A stretch of 64,000 nt of DNA from Spirochaetaceae bacterium (GTDB taxonomy: Bacteria > Spirochaetota > Spirochaetia > DSM-2461): NCBI GenBank assembly GCA_965224705.1, contig OZ245056.1, positions 1,664,001-1,728,000 of the forward strand. Direction: 5' to 3'. Within the stretch, counting starts at the first letter, position 1. Every line of letters starts with the position of its first letter. This document shows, piece by piece, positions 52,778 to 63,138 of the stretch. The notes beneath the pieces are model-generated. The model ran no database searches and had not been told where the DNA came from. It worked only from the letters and a program-made list of their open reading frames with translations. A program made the translations under genes and the position numbers.

Positions 52778-54529
52778 ATGAAAAAGAATCTGACTCAGGG
52801 CATCACCGATTTCAAGGAATTCATCGACAATGATTGCTACTTTGTCGATAAAACCCATCTCATAGCGCATCTTATCAATGACCCCAGTAAGGTGCATCTC
52901 ATCACCCGCCCCCGCCGTTTCGGCAAAACCCTGAACCTCAGCATGATCCGCTACTTCTTCGAGGCACCCCCACCGGGCGGCGGCAGCGGCGCCGTGCCGC
53001 CCAATGCTGTGCTGTTCAATGACATGTCCATATCAAAACACCCCCGATGCCGCGAGTACATGGGCCAATATCCGGTGATACATTTAAGCTTCAAGAACGT
53101 AAAAAAATCGAATCATGAAGATTGCATGGCACTTATCAAAGATATGCTCTCCGATGAATTCCGTAGACATCAATACTTGCAAAACTCCGGTATGTTGGAT
53201 GATGCTGATCAAGAATGTTTTATCAGAATGCTGCAAAGAAAAGGTGCCGATCAGGATTGTGCCCAATCCATAAAACACCTCTCCTCCTGGCTCCATCGTG
53301 CCTACGGCAAACCGGTCTACATCCTTCTGGACGAGTACGACACCCCGCTGCACGCCGCCTATACCGACAGTTTTTATGATGAAATGATTGCCTTCATCCG
53401 CAGCTTCATGGTGCAGAGCTTCAAGGACAACCCCAATTTGAAACAGGCGGTGGTCATCGGGATACTCAAAGTGGCCCAGGAAAGCATCTTTAGCGACTTC
53501 AATAACCCGGCGGTGTCCACCGTGCTGAGCGACGCCATGAAGGATTGCTTTGGCTTCACGGAACCCGAAGTGGAAGAAATGGCCGCCTATTTCGGGCAGG
53601 AGTCCAGACTGGACGGCATTCGTCAATGGTACAACGGCTACATCTTCGGCGGCGACACGGTTATCTACAATCCCTGGAGTCTTGTGAGCTATTTCAGAAA
53701 CATCAAGGACGGACTTCTGCCCTACTGGGTGCACACCAGTGCCAACAGGATGGTTAAGGAAACGCTGCAGCTGAACAAAAGGGACAGCCGGGAAACCATG
53801 GAGAGGCTGCTCAGGGGAGAGGAGGTCAGACGGGAGGTGGCACTCAACATCGTCTACCCGCAGATCCGAACCCGCCCGGATGTGGCATGGAGTTTCCTTC
53901 TCCACGGCGGTTATCTCAAGGCCAGCGAAAGGCGGCAGCACGAGTTCAGCCAGGACTACCGGCTGGAAATTCCCAACCGGGAGGTGCGCTATTCCTACAT
54001 GACCACAATCAAGGATTGGCTGGAGGAAGATATGGAGGCAGGCGAATCCTTTCATTTCTTCATCCGCGGCATCAGGGAGGGAAATGCCGCCCTGATCGAG
54101 AGGGGTCTGGGGAAGGTTCTCCTGAGCATGGCCAGTTATTATGACACCGCTGGCGAAGACGAAGAAATGGAGCGGGTGGAGGGCTTCTACCACGGCCTGG
54201 TTCTGGGAATGCTGGCCTACCTGAGCGGCGAGTACACGGTGGAGAGCAACCGGGAATGCGGCATGGGCCGCCCCGACATCGTATTGATTCAACGCGGCTC
54301 CGGGCGGCCGGGTCATATTCTGCTGTTCGAGTTCAAACGGGAACCTGCCGCCGGAACCACGCCGCTCAAGCAGCTGGCGCAGGAGGCCTATGCCCAGGCG
54401 GAGCAAAAATACCTGGAGGGGGCGCAGGAGAAGTGGAACCCGGAAAAGATTATCATTTACGGGGTGGGCTTTCGCGGTAAGGCACTGGCTCTGGAGGCAG
54501 GCGGAGGGACGCTTCGCCCCCAGTTCTGA
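52778..54529 (+). CDS. AAA-ATPase-like + PD-(D/E)XK nuclease 9 protein, copy 1
   Basis: YFVDKT, RPRRFGKT (Walker A), ILLDEYD (Walker B), YNPWS, NRE.G.GRPD..FEFK. Start set by comparison with the paralogs. Confidence 0.92.
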   Translation: MKKNLTQGITDFKEFIDNDCYFVDKTHLIAHLINDPSKVHLITRPRRFGKTLNLSMIRYFFEAPPPGGGSGAVPPNAVLFNDMSISKHPRCREYMGQYPVIHLSFKNVKKSNHEDCMALIKDMLSDEFRRHQYLQNSGMLDDADQECFIRMLQRKGADQDCAQSIKHLSSWLHRAYGKPVYILLDEYDTPLHAAYTDSFYDEMIAFIRSFMVQSFKDNPNLKQAVVIGILKVAQESIFSDFNNPAVSTVLSDAMKDCFGFTEPEVEEMAAYFGQESRLDGIRQWYNGYIFGGDTVIYNPWSLVSYFRNIKDGLLPYWVHTSANRMVKETLQLNKRDSRETMERLLRGEEVRREVALNIVYPQIRTRPDVAWSFLLHGGYLKASERRQHEFSQDYRLEIPNREVRYSYMTTIKDWLEEDMEAGESFHFFIRGIREGNAALIERGLGKVLLSMASYYDTAGEDEEMERVEGFYHGLVLGMLAYLSGEYTVESNRECGMGRPDIVLIQRGSGRPGHILLFEFKREPAAGTTPLKQLAQEAYAQAEQKYLEGAQEKWNPEKIIIYGVGFRGKALALEAGGGTLRPQF

Positions 54530-54708
54530 GTTGACCCGCATACGGCGTAAAAAGCCGCTTTTCACAAAGCACATGGGGGATTCTCAAGGGGGCCACCCCC
54601 TTGAGTCGTATTTTTCTTTGTTAAACTTTCTTTTTGTCGAAAAAAAAGAAAGTTTAGGCCCAGCGGCCCGAGCGACCACTCACAAAACCATGCTATGCTA
54701 AAGACACC

Positions 54709-56487
54709 ATGAAAAAGAATCTGACTCAGGGCATCACCGATTTCAAGAAATTCATCGACAATGATTGCTACTTTGTCGATAAAACCCATCTCATAGCATA
54801 TCTTATCAATGACCCCAGCGAAGTGCACCTCATTACCCGCCCCCGGCGCTTCGGTAAAACCCTGAACCTGAGCATGATCCGCTACTTCTTCGAGGCCCCG
54901 CCACTGCACGGCGACCGCGGCGTTAGCAGCGAAGCCTCCACCGAAGAGCCGCCCAATGCGCCCTTGTTCAATGACATGTCCATATCAAAACACCCCCGAT
55001 GCCGCGAATACATGGGCCAATATCCGGTGATACACTTAAGCTTCAAGGACGTGAAAAAATCGAATCATGAAGATTGCATGGCACTCATCAAGGATATGCT
55101 CTCCGATGAATTCCGTAGACATCAATACTTGCAAAACTCCGGCATGTTGGATGACAGGGAACGGACAAAATTTGAAAAAATTCTGTACGATGAGGGCACG
55201 GATCAGGATTGTGCCCAATCCATAAAACACCTCTCCGCCTGGCTCCATCGCGCCTACAACAAACCGGTCTACATCCTTCTGGACGAGTACGACACCCCGC
55301 TGCACGCCGCCTACACCGACAACTTCTACGATGAAATGATTGCCTTCATCCGCAGCTTCATGGTGCAGAGCTTCAAGGACAACCCCAATTTGAAGCAGGC
55401 GGTGGTCATCGGCATACTCAAAGTGGCTCAGGAGAGCATCTTCAGCGACTTCAATAACCCGGCGGTGTCCACCGTGCTGAGCGACGCCATGAAGGATTGC
55501 TTTGGCTTCACGGAACCCGAAGTGGAAGAAATGGCCGCCTATTTTGGGCAGGAGTCCAGACTGGACGGCATTCGTCAATGGTACAACGGCTACATCTTCG
55601 GCGGCGACACGGTCATCTACAATCCCTGGAGTCTCGTGAGCTATTTCAGAAATATCAAGGACGGATTTCTGCCCTACTGGGTGCACACCAGTGCCAACAG
55701 GATGGTCAAGGAAACGCTGCAGCTGAACAAAAGGGACAGCCGGGAAACCATGGAGAGGCTGCTTAAGGGAGAGGAGGTCAGGCGGGAGGTGGCGGTCAAC
55801 ATCGTCTATCCGCAGATACGAACCCGCCCGGATGTGGCATGGAGTTTCCTGCTCCACGGCGGCTACCTGAAGGCCAGCGAAAGGCGGCAGCACGAGATAA
55901 GCCAGGACTACCGGCTGGAAATTCCCAACCGCGAGGTACGCTATTCCTACATGACCACAATCAAGGACTGGCTGGAGGAGGATGTGGAGGCGGGCGAGTC
56001 CTTTCATTCCTTTATCCGCGGCATCAGGGAAGGGGACGCGACCCTGATAGCGGAGGGTCTTGGGGAAATTCTCCTGGGCCTTGCCAGCTTCCACGATACC
56101 GCCTCCCAGGGCGAAAAAGAAGAAAAGAAGCGGGTGGAGGGCTTCTACCACGGCCTGGTTCTGGGGATGCTGGCCTACCTGAGCGGCGAGTACACGGTGG
56201 AGAGCAACCGGGAATGCGGCATGGGCCGCCCCGACATCGTATTGATTCAACGTTGCTCTGGGCGACCCGGTCATGTTCTGCTGTTCGAGTTCAAACGGGA
56301 ACCTGCCGCCGGAACCACGCCGCTCAAGCAGCTGGCACAGGAGGCCCATACCCAGGCGGAGCAAAAATACCTGAAGGGGGCGCGGGAAAAGTGGAACCCG
56401 GAAAAGATTGTCATCTACGGTGTGGGCTTTCGCGGCAAGGCACTGGCTCTGGAAGCAGACGAGGGGGTGCTTCGCACCCAGTCCTGA
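54709..56487 (+). CDS. AAA-ATPase-like + PD-(D/E)XK nuclease 9 protein, copy 2
   Basis: Same motifs as copy 1; intact ORF. Confidence 0.92.
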   Translation: MKKNLTQGITDFKKFIDNDCYFVDKTHLIAYLINDPSEVHLITRPRRFGKTLNLSMIRYFFEAPPLHGDRGVSSEASTEEPPNAPLFNDMSISKHPRCREYMGQYPVIHLSFKDVKKSNHEDCMALIKDMLSDEFRRHQYLQNSGMLDDRERTKFEKILYDEGTDQDCAQSIKHLSAWLHRAYNKPVYILLDEYDTPLHAAYTDNFYDEMIAFIRSFMVQSFKDNPNLKQAVVIGILKVAQESIFSDFNNPAVSTVLSDAMKDCFGFTEPEVEEMAAYFGQESRLDGIRQWYNGYIFGGDTVIYNPWSLVSYFRNIKDGFLPYWVHTSANRMVKETLQLNKRDSRETMERLLKGEEVRREVAVNIVYPQIRTRPDVAWSFLLHGGYLKASERRQHEISQDYRLEIPNREVRYSYMTTIKDWLEEDVEAGESFHSFIRGIREGDATLIAEGLGEILLGLASFHDTASQGEKEEKKRVEGFYHGLVLGMLAYLSGEYTVESNRECGMGRPDIVLIQRCSGRPGHVLLFEFKREPAAGTTPLKQLAQEAHTQAEQKYLKGAREKWNPEKIVIYGVGFRGKALALEADEGVLRTQS

Positions 56488-56680
56488 GTACAAAGTTCTG
56501 AGTTGGCCCGCATACGGCATAAAAAGCCGCTTTTTACAGAGCGCAGGGGGGATTCTCAAGGGGGACACCCCCTTGAGTCGTATTTTTCTTTGTTAAACTT
56601 TCTTTTTGTCGAAAAAAAAGAAAGTTTAGGCCCAGCGGCCCGAGCGACCACTCACAAAACCATGCTATGCTAAAGACACC

Positions 56681-58462
56681 ATGAAAAAGAATCTGACTCA
56701 GGGCATCACCGATTTCAAGAAATTCATCGACAATGATTGCTACTTTGTCGATAAAACCCATCTCATAGCATATCTTATCAATGACCCAAGCGAAGTGCAT
56801 CTCATCACCCGCCCCCGCCGCTTCGGTAAAACCCTGAACCTGAGCATGATCCGCTACTTCTTTGAAGCCCTGCCGCCGGGCGGCAACAGCGGCGTTAGCA
56901 GCGAAGCCTCCACCGAAGAGCCGCCCAATGCCTCATTGTTTAATGACATGTCCATATCAAAACACCCCCGATGCCGCGAATACATGGGCCAATATCCGGT
57001 GATACACTTAAGTTTCAAGAACGTGAAAAATTCGAATTATGAAGATTGCATGGCACTTATCAAAGATATGCTCTCCGATGAATTCCGTAGACATCAATAC
57101 TTGCAAAACTCCGGTATGTTGGATGATGCTGATCAAGAATGTTTTATCAGGATGCTGCAAAGAAAAGGTGCCGATCAGGATTGTGCCCAATCCATAAAAC
57201 ACCTCTCCTCCTGGCTCCATCATGCCTACGGCAAACCGGTCTACATTCTTCTGGACGAGTACGACACCCCGCTGCACGCCGCCTACACCGACAACTTCTA
57301 CGATGCAATGATCGCCTTCATCCGCAGCTTCATGGTGCAGAGCTTCAAGGACAACCCCAATTTGAAGCAGGCGGTGGTCATCGGCATACTCAAAGTGGCC
57401 CAGGAGAGCATTTTCAGTGACTTCAATAACCCCAGGGTGTCCACCCTCATGGATCCAGCAATGAAGAATTGCTTCGGCTTCACGGAACCCGAAGTGGAGG
57501 CCATGGCGGACTACTACGGACTAGGGGACAGGATGGACGGCATCAGGGAATGGTACAACGGTTACATCTTCGGCGGGGACACAGTCATCTACAATCCCTG
57601 GAGCATCATCAACTACCTAAGCGCTCCGGAGGCCGGACTGCGGCCCTACTGGGTGCACACCAGTGCCAACAGGATGGTCAAGGAAACGCTGCAGCTGAAC
57701 AAAAGGGACAGCCGGGAAACCATGGAAAGGCTGCTCAGAGGAGAGGAAGTCAGGCGTGAGGTGGCACTCAACATCGTCTATCCGCAGATACGAACCCGTC
57801 CGGATGTGGCGTGGAGTTTCCTTCTCCACGGCGGCTACCTGAAGGCCAGCGAAAGACGGCAGCACGAGATAAGCCAGGACTACCGGCTGGAAATTCCCAA
57901 CCGGGAGGTGCGCTATTCCTACATGACCACAATCAAGGATTGGCTGGAGGAGGATATGGAGGCCGGTGAATCCTTTCATTTCTTCATCCGCGGTATCAGG
58001 GAAGGGGATGCCACCCTGATCGAGAGAGGTCTGGGGAAGGTTCTCCTGAGCATGGCCAGTTATTACGACACCGCTGATACCGACGACGACGACGAGGAAA
58101 TGGAGCGAGTGGAGGGCTTCTACCACGGTCTGGTTCTGGGAATGCTGGCCTACCTGAGCGGCGAGTACACGGTGGAGAGCAACCGGGAATGCGGCATGGG
58201 CCGCCCCGACATCATATTGATTCAACGCGGCTCCGGGCGGCCGGGTCATATTCTGCTGTTCGAGTTCAAACGGGAGCCTGCCGCCGGAACTACACCGCTC
58301 AAGCAGCTGGCACAGGAGGCCTATTCCCAGGCGGAGAAGAAATACCTGGAGGGGGCACAGGAGAAGTGGAACCCGGAGAAGATTGTCATCTACGGGGTGG
58401 GCTTTCGCGGCAAGACACTGGCTCTGGAGGCAGGCGGAGGGACGCTTCGCGCCCAGTTCTGA
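56681..58462 (+). CDS. AAA-ATPase-like + PD-(D/E)XK nuclease 9 protein, copy 3
   Basis: Same motifs as copy 1; intact ORF. Confidence 0.92.
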   Translation: MKKNLTQGITDFKKFIDNDCYFVDKTHLIAYLINDPSEVHLITRPRRFGKTLNLSMIRYFFEALPPGGNSGVSSEASTEEPPNASLFNDMSISKHPRCREYMGQYPVIHLSFKNVKNSNYEDCMALIKDMLSDEFRRHQYLQNSGMLDDADQECFIRMLQRKGADQDCAQSIKHLSSWLHHAYGKPVYILLDEYDTPLHAAYTDNFYDAMIAFIRSFMVQSFKDNPNLKQAVVIGILKVAQESIFSDFNNPRVSTLMDPAMKNCFGFTEPEVEAMADYYGLGDRMDGIREWYNGYIFGGDTVIYNPWSIINYLSAPEAGLRPYWVHTSANRMVKETLQLNKRDSRETMERLLRGEEVRREVALNIVYPQIRTRPDVAWSFLLHGGYLKASERRQHEISQDYRLEIPNREVRYSYMTTIKDWLEEDMEAGESFHFFIRGIREGDATLIERGLGKVLLSMASYYDTADTDDDDEEMERVEGFYHGLVLGMLAYLSGEYTVESNRECGMGRPDIILIQRGSGRPGHILLFEFKREPAAGTTPLKQLAQEAYSQAEKKYLEGAQEKWNPEKIVIYGVGFRGKTLALEAGGGTLRAQF

Positions 58463-58644
58463 GTTGACCCGCATACGGCGTTAAAAAAGCCGCTTTTCAC
58501 AAAGTGCATGGGGGATTCTCAAGGGGGTGCCCCCCTTTGAGTCGTATTTTTCTTTGTTAAACTTTCTTTTTGTCGAAAAAAAAGAAAGTTTAGGCCCAGC
58601 GGCCCGAGCGACCACTCACAAAACCATGCTATGCTAAAGACGTC

Positions 58645-60417
58645 ATGAAAAAGAATCTGACTCAGGGCATCACCGATTTCAAGGAATTCATCGACAATGA
58701 TTGCTACTTTGTCGATAAAACCCGTCTCCTAGCGCATCTTATCAATGACCCCAGCAAGGTTCATCTCATCACCCGCCCCCGCCGCTTCGGTAAAACCCTG
58801 AACCTCAGCATGATCCGCTACTTCTTCGAGGCCCTGCCGCCGGGCGGCAACAGCGGCGTTAGCGGCGATGCCCCCTCCGAAGAGCCGCCCAATGTCTCAT
58901 TGTTCAATGACATGTCCATATCAAAACACCCCCGATGCCGCGAATACATGGGCCAATATCCGGTGATACACTTAAGTTTCAAGAACGTGAAAAAATCGAA
59001 TCATGAAGATTGCATGACACTTATCAAGGATATGCTCTCCGATGAATTCCGTAGACATCAATACTTGCAAAACTCCGGCATGTTGGAAGACAGGGAACGG
59101 ACAAAATTTGAAAAAATTCTGTACGATGAGGGCACGGATCAGGATTGTGCCCAATCCATAAAACACCTCTCCGCCTGGCTCCATTGTGCCTACGGTAAAC
59201 CGGTCTACATCCTTCTGGACGAGTACGACACCCCGCTGCACGCCGCCTACGCCGACAAATTCTACGATGAGATGATCGCCTTCATCCGCAGCTTCATGGT
59301 ACAGAGCTTCAAGGACAACCCCAATTTGAAGCAGGCGGTGGTCATCGGCATACTCAAAGTGGCCCAGGAGAGCATCTTCAGCGACTTCAACAATCCGGCA
59401 GTGTCCACCCTGCTCGATCCCGAAATGGAGGACTGTTTCGGCTTCACGGAACCCGAAGTGGAGGCCATGGCGGACTACTATGGGCTTGGGGACAGGATGG
59501 ACGGCATCAGGAAATGGTACAACGGCTACATCTTCGGCGGGGACACGATCATCTACAATCCCTGGAGCATAGTCAATTACCTCAGGAGACCATCGGCCGG
59601 ACTGCGCCCCTACTGGGTGCACACCAGTGCCAACAGGATGGTCAAGGAAACGCTGCAGCTGAACAAAAGAGACAGCCGGGAAACCATGGAGAGGCTGCTC
59701 AGGGGAGAGGAGGTCAGACGGGAGGTGGCACTCAACATCGTCTACCCGCAGATACGGACCCGCCCGGATGTGGCATGGAGTTTCCTGCTCCACGGCGGCT
59801 ACTTGAAAGCCAGCGAAAGGCGGCAGCACGAGTTCAGCCAGGACTACCGGCTGGAAATTCCCAACCGGGAGGTGCGCTATTCCTACATGACCACAATCAA
59901 AGACTGGCTGGAGGAGGATGTGGAGGCGGGCGAGTCCTTTCATTTCTTCATCCGCGGCATCAGGGAAGGGGATGCCGCCCTGATCGAGAGGGGTCTGGGG
60001 AAGGTTCTTTTGAGCATGGCCAGTTATTATGACACCACTGGCGAAGACGAGGAAATGGAGCGGGTGGAGGGCTTCTACCACGGACTGGTACTGGGGATGC
60101 TTGCCTACCTGAGTGGCGAGTACACGGTGGAGAGCAACCGGGAATGCGGCATGGGCCGCCCCGACATCGTATTGATTCAGCGCAGCTCCGGGCGGCCCGC
60201 CCATGTTCTGCTGTTCGAGTTCAAACGGGAGCCTCCCGCCGGAACCACGCCGCTCAAGCAGCTGGCGCAGGAGGCCTATTCCCAGGCGGAGCAAAAATAC
60301 CTGAAGGGGGCACAGGAGAAGTGGAACCCGGAGAAGATTGTCATCTACGGGGTGGGCTTTCGCGGCAAGGCACTGGCATTGGAAGCAAGCGGAGGGGCGC
60401 TTCGCGCCCAGTTCTGA
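58645..60417 (+). CDS. AAA-ATPase-like + PD-(D/E)XK nuclease 9 protein, copy 4
   Basis: Same motifs as copy 1; intact ORF. Confidence 0.92.
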   Translation: MKKNLTQGITDFKEFIDNDCYFVDKTRLLAHLINDPSKVHLITRPRRFGKTLNLSMIRYFFEALPPGGNSGVSGDAPSEEPPNVSLFNDMSISKHPRCREYMGQYPVIHLSFKNVKKSNHEDCMTLIKDMLSDEFRRHQYLQNSGMLEDRERTKFEKILYDEGTDQDCAQSIKHLSAWLHCAYGKPVYILLDEYDTPLHAAYADKFYDEMIAFIRSFMVQSFKDNPNLKQAVVIGILKVAQESIFSDFNNPAVSTLLDPEMEDCFGFTEPEVEAMADYYGLGDRMDGIRKWYNGYIFGGDTIIYNPWSIVNYLRRPSAGLRPYWVHTSANRMVKETLQLNKRDSRETMERLLRGEEVRREVALNIVYPQIRTRPDVAWSFLLHGGYLKASERRQHEFSQDYRLEIPNREVRYSYMTTIKDWLEEDVEAGESFHFFIRGIREGDAALIERGLGKVLLSMASYYDTTGEDEEMERVEGFYHGLVLGMLAYLSGEYTVESNRECGMGRPDIVLIQRSSGRPAHVLLFEFKREPPAGTTPLKQLAQEAYSQAEQKYLKGAQEKWNPEKIVIYGVGFRGKALALEASGGALRAQF

Positions 60418-60826
60418 GTTGGCCTACATACGGCGTTGAAAAAGCCCCTTGAAATTTTCAAGTATATGTATCGTCCAGCGCTTTCAAGCGGGTTTACCGT
60501 CTCTAAAAAAGCCATGGAGGAATTTTTTAGAAGTTCCATTAAGAACCAAATCCTACGCCCTGAATTAAGTCCCCCCGAAATTTTGGGGGGGCGCGGAGCG
60601 AAGGGGGATTCTCAAGGGGGCCCCCCCTTGAGTCGTATTTTTCTTTGTTAAACTTTCTTTTTGTCGAAAAAAAGAAAGTTTAGGCCCAGCGGCCTGAGCG
60701 ATATTGAAGAAAGAACCTTTTGGCCATAGAATACGTGCATTATGTCATATTTCAGACCTAAGCGCACTGCAAAGAAATATCTGTTGCCGACCGGTATATT
60801 CATTGTGTACCTAAGCGGTTGCCAGG

Positions 60827-62497
60827 ATGAGTGATTTCATACGGCAGATTGTCAGAGACGATCTGGAATCCGGCCGGATACCGCGGGTTGTCACCCGGTT
60901 CCCCCCCGAACCCAACGGGTATCTTCACATTGGTCATGCCAAGGCATTTCTTCTGAATTTCTCCATCGCCGAGGAATTCGGCGGTATCTGCCGCCTGCGC
61001 TACGACGATACGAATCCCGAAAAAGAAGATGAGGAATTTGTTCGGGGAATAGAGGAAGACCTTCAATGGATGGGTTGCCGATGGGAGGGGGAAGCCCGTC
61101 ATGCCTCGGCCTATTTCGACCAGTTTTACGAGTGGGCTATGGAGCTTATCAAGGGTGGAAAAGCCTACGTTGACCATCAAAGCCCCGAAGAGATCGTGGA
61201 GAATCGGGGAACGCCCACCAGTGCGGGGGTGGATTCTCCCTACCGGGATCGGACAGTCGAGGAAAATCTTGCGTTATTGGAAAAAATGAAGGCCGGTGAG
61301 CTTGAAGAGGGTGAATGTGTTCTCAGGGCGAAAATTGCCATGAACCATCAGAACATCCTCATGCGGGACCCGACTATCTACCGTATTCGGAAAGGACGTC
61401 ATCACAGGACAGGGGATCGGTGGTGCATCTACCCCATGTACGATTTTGCCCACGGCTACGAAGATGCTATTGAAGGGGTTACCCATTCGCTGTGCTCCCT
61501 GGAATTTGAAAACCACCGCCCCCTTTACGATTGGTTCCTCGACAATGTTTCCATCCCCTGCCGACCGCGGCAGTATGAATTCGCCCGACTCAACCTTTCC
61601 CATACCATCATGAGTAAGCGCTACTTGAGAAAGTTGGTGGAAGAACATCATGTTCATGGTTGGGATGACCCCCGGATGCCCACCCTCCGAGGTATGCGCC
61701 GCCGGGGGTATCCTGCCGTGAGTATTCGGAAATTCATTGAGCAGATCGGTGTGAGCAAGGCAAACAGTCTCGTGGATGCCGAATTTCTGCATTTCCATGT
61801 CCGGGAAGAACTGAATGCCTCCGCCCAGAGGCGCATGGCCGTTCTGAATCCCATCAAACTCACCATTACGAATTGGCCGGAGGGAAGAATTGAAACCTTT
61901 ACGGCAGAGAACAACCCCGGCAGCCGGGATGCCGGCAGCCGGGAACTCCAGTTTTCCGGAGCCCTCTGGGTGGAGCGCGACGACTACATGGACAACCCGC
62001 CGCGCAAATGGTTCCGTCTGGCTCCAGGTAAGGAGGTGAGGCTCAAGTACGCGTACTACATTACGGTTACCGGAGTGATTCGGGGCAGGAATGATGAACC
62101 CCTGGAGATACTCTGCACCTACGACCCTGAAAGCCGGGGAGGGGATACGCCGGATGGACGGAAAGTCCGGGGTACGCTTCATTGGCTCTCACGGCATAAC
62201 GCCGTCGATGCCGAAGTCCGGCTTTACGACCACCTGATTACTCTGGAGGATGTGGGTCAGGTTGAAGAGGGGAAGGACTTCCTGGATTACATGAATCCAG
62301 ACTCGGAGGTGGTGCTGCCGTTGTCGAAAGTTGAGCCGGCACTGGCGAATGCCGAAAGGGCGGACCGGTTCCAATTCCTCCGAAACGGTTATTTCACCGC
62401 CGATGGGGTGGATCACGTCCCTGGAGAGAAACCTGTTTTCAACCGTATTGTGGGACTTCGGGACAGCTGGGCCAAGATCGCGAAAAAGGGTGTGTAG
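60827..62497 (+). CDS. glnS: Glutamine--tRNA ligase
   Basis: TRFPPEPNGYLHIGH, MSKR, GWDDPRMPTL and EVRLYD motifs. Confidence 0.96.
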   Translation: MSDFIRQIVRDDLESGRIPRVVTRFPPEPNGYLHIGHAKAFLLNFSIAEEFGGICRLRYDDTNPEKEDEEFVRGIEEDLQWMGCRWEGEARHASAYFDQFYEWAMELIKGGKAYVDHQSPEEIVENRGTPTSAGVDSPYRDRTVEENLALLEKMKAGELEEGECVLRAKIAMNHQNILMRDPTIYRIRKGRHHRTGDRWCIYPMYDFAHGYEDAIEGVTHSLCSLEFENHRPLYDWFLDNVSIPCRPRQYEFARLNLSHTIMSKRYLRKLVEEHHVHGWDDPRMPTLRGMRRRGYPAVSIRKFIEQIGVSKANSLVDAEFLHFHVREELNASAQRRMAVLNPIKLTITNWPEGRIETFTAENNPGSRDAGSRELQFSGALWVERDDYMDNPPRKWFRLAPGKEVRLKYAYYITVTGVIRGRNDEPLEILCTYDPESRGGDTPDGRKVRGTLHWLSRHNAVDAEVRLYDHLITLEDVGQVEEGKDFLDYMNPDSEVVLPLSKVEPALANAERADRFQFLRNGYFTADGVDHVPGEKPVFNRIVGLRDSWAKIAKKGV

Positions 62498-62528
62498 GGC
62501 GTATGGAAGATTGACCGGAGGAGAAAGC

Positions 62529-63113
62529 ATGTGGGATGAAAGGTACAGCGCGGAAGAATACGCGTATGGCAAGAATCCAAACGAATTCCTGAAGAACAGC
62601 TTTCGCTGCATACCGAAAGGCAGGGTTCTCAGCCTGGCCGAAGGTGAGGGGCGGAATGCCGTGTTTCTTGCCAGGCAGGGCTATCAGGTGACGGCCGTTG
62701 ATAGTTCTCAAGTCGGTTTGAGTAAGGGCGGGAAGTTGGCCGAAGAGAATGGGGTTGAAGTGAGCTTCATTCATGCGGATTTGTCTGAATTCGACATCGG
62801 TGAGAACCAGTGGGACGGAATAGTCTCTATTTTCTGCCATCTGCCTTCAGCCATACGAAAGGTACTGCATAAAAAGGTCGTCGCGGGGCTAAAACCAGGG
62901 GGCGTGTTTCTTGTCGAAGCGTACACCCCGAATCAGCTGCAGTATGGAACTGGCGGCGGCAATTCGGCAGATACCATGATGTCTGAGGAATCCTTGATTC
63001 TTGAATTGGATGGGTTGAAGTTTGCCCATCTGGCTGAACTTGAGCGGAATGTTGTAGAGGGCGTATATCACACAGGACTGGGGGCAGTGGTTCAAGCAAT
63101 TGCTTCCAGGTAA
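62529..63113 (+). CDS. Class I SAM-dependent methyltransferase (TehB-like)
   Basis: Start MWDERY after GGAGGAG; LSLAEGEGRNA, VTAVD and LKPGG motifs. Confidence 0.88.
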   Translation: MWDERYSAEEYAYGKNPNEFLKNSFRCIPKGRVLSLAEGEGRNAVFLARQGYQVTAVDSSQVGLSKGGKLAEENGVEVSFIHADLSEFDIGENQWDGIVSIFCHLPSAIRKVLHKKVVAGLKPGGVFLVEAYTPNQLQYGTGGGNSADTMMSEESLILELDGLKFAHLAELERNVVEGVYHTGLGAVVQAIASR

Positions 63114-63138
63114 AGAAGTTTACGGATGCCGGTGCCCA

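Noticed and set aside
53084..60294. Long antisense ORFs (496, 510, 285 and 440 aa) over the nuclease array
   Set aside because: Shadow frames of GC3-rich genes; no motifs; broken at different places in different copies.
52600..60700. CRISPR-like interpretation of the regularly repeated spacer
   Set aside because: The period is about 1.95 kb with whole genes between repeats; no short unique spacers and no cas genes.
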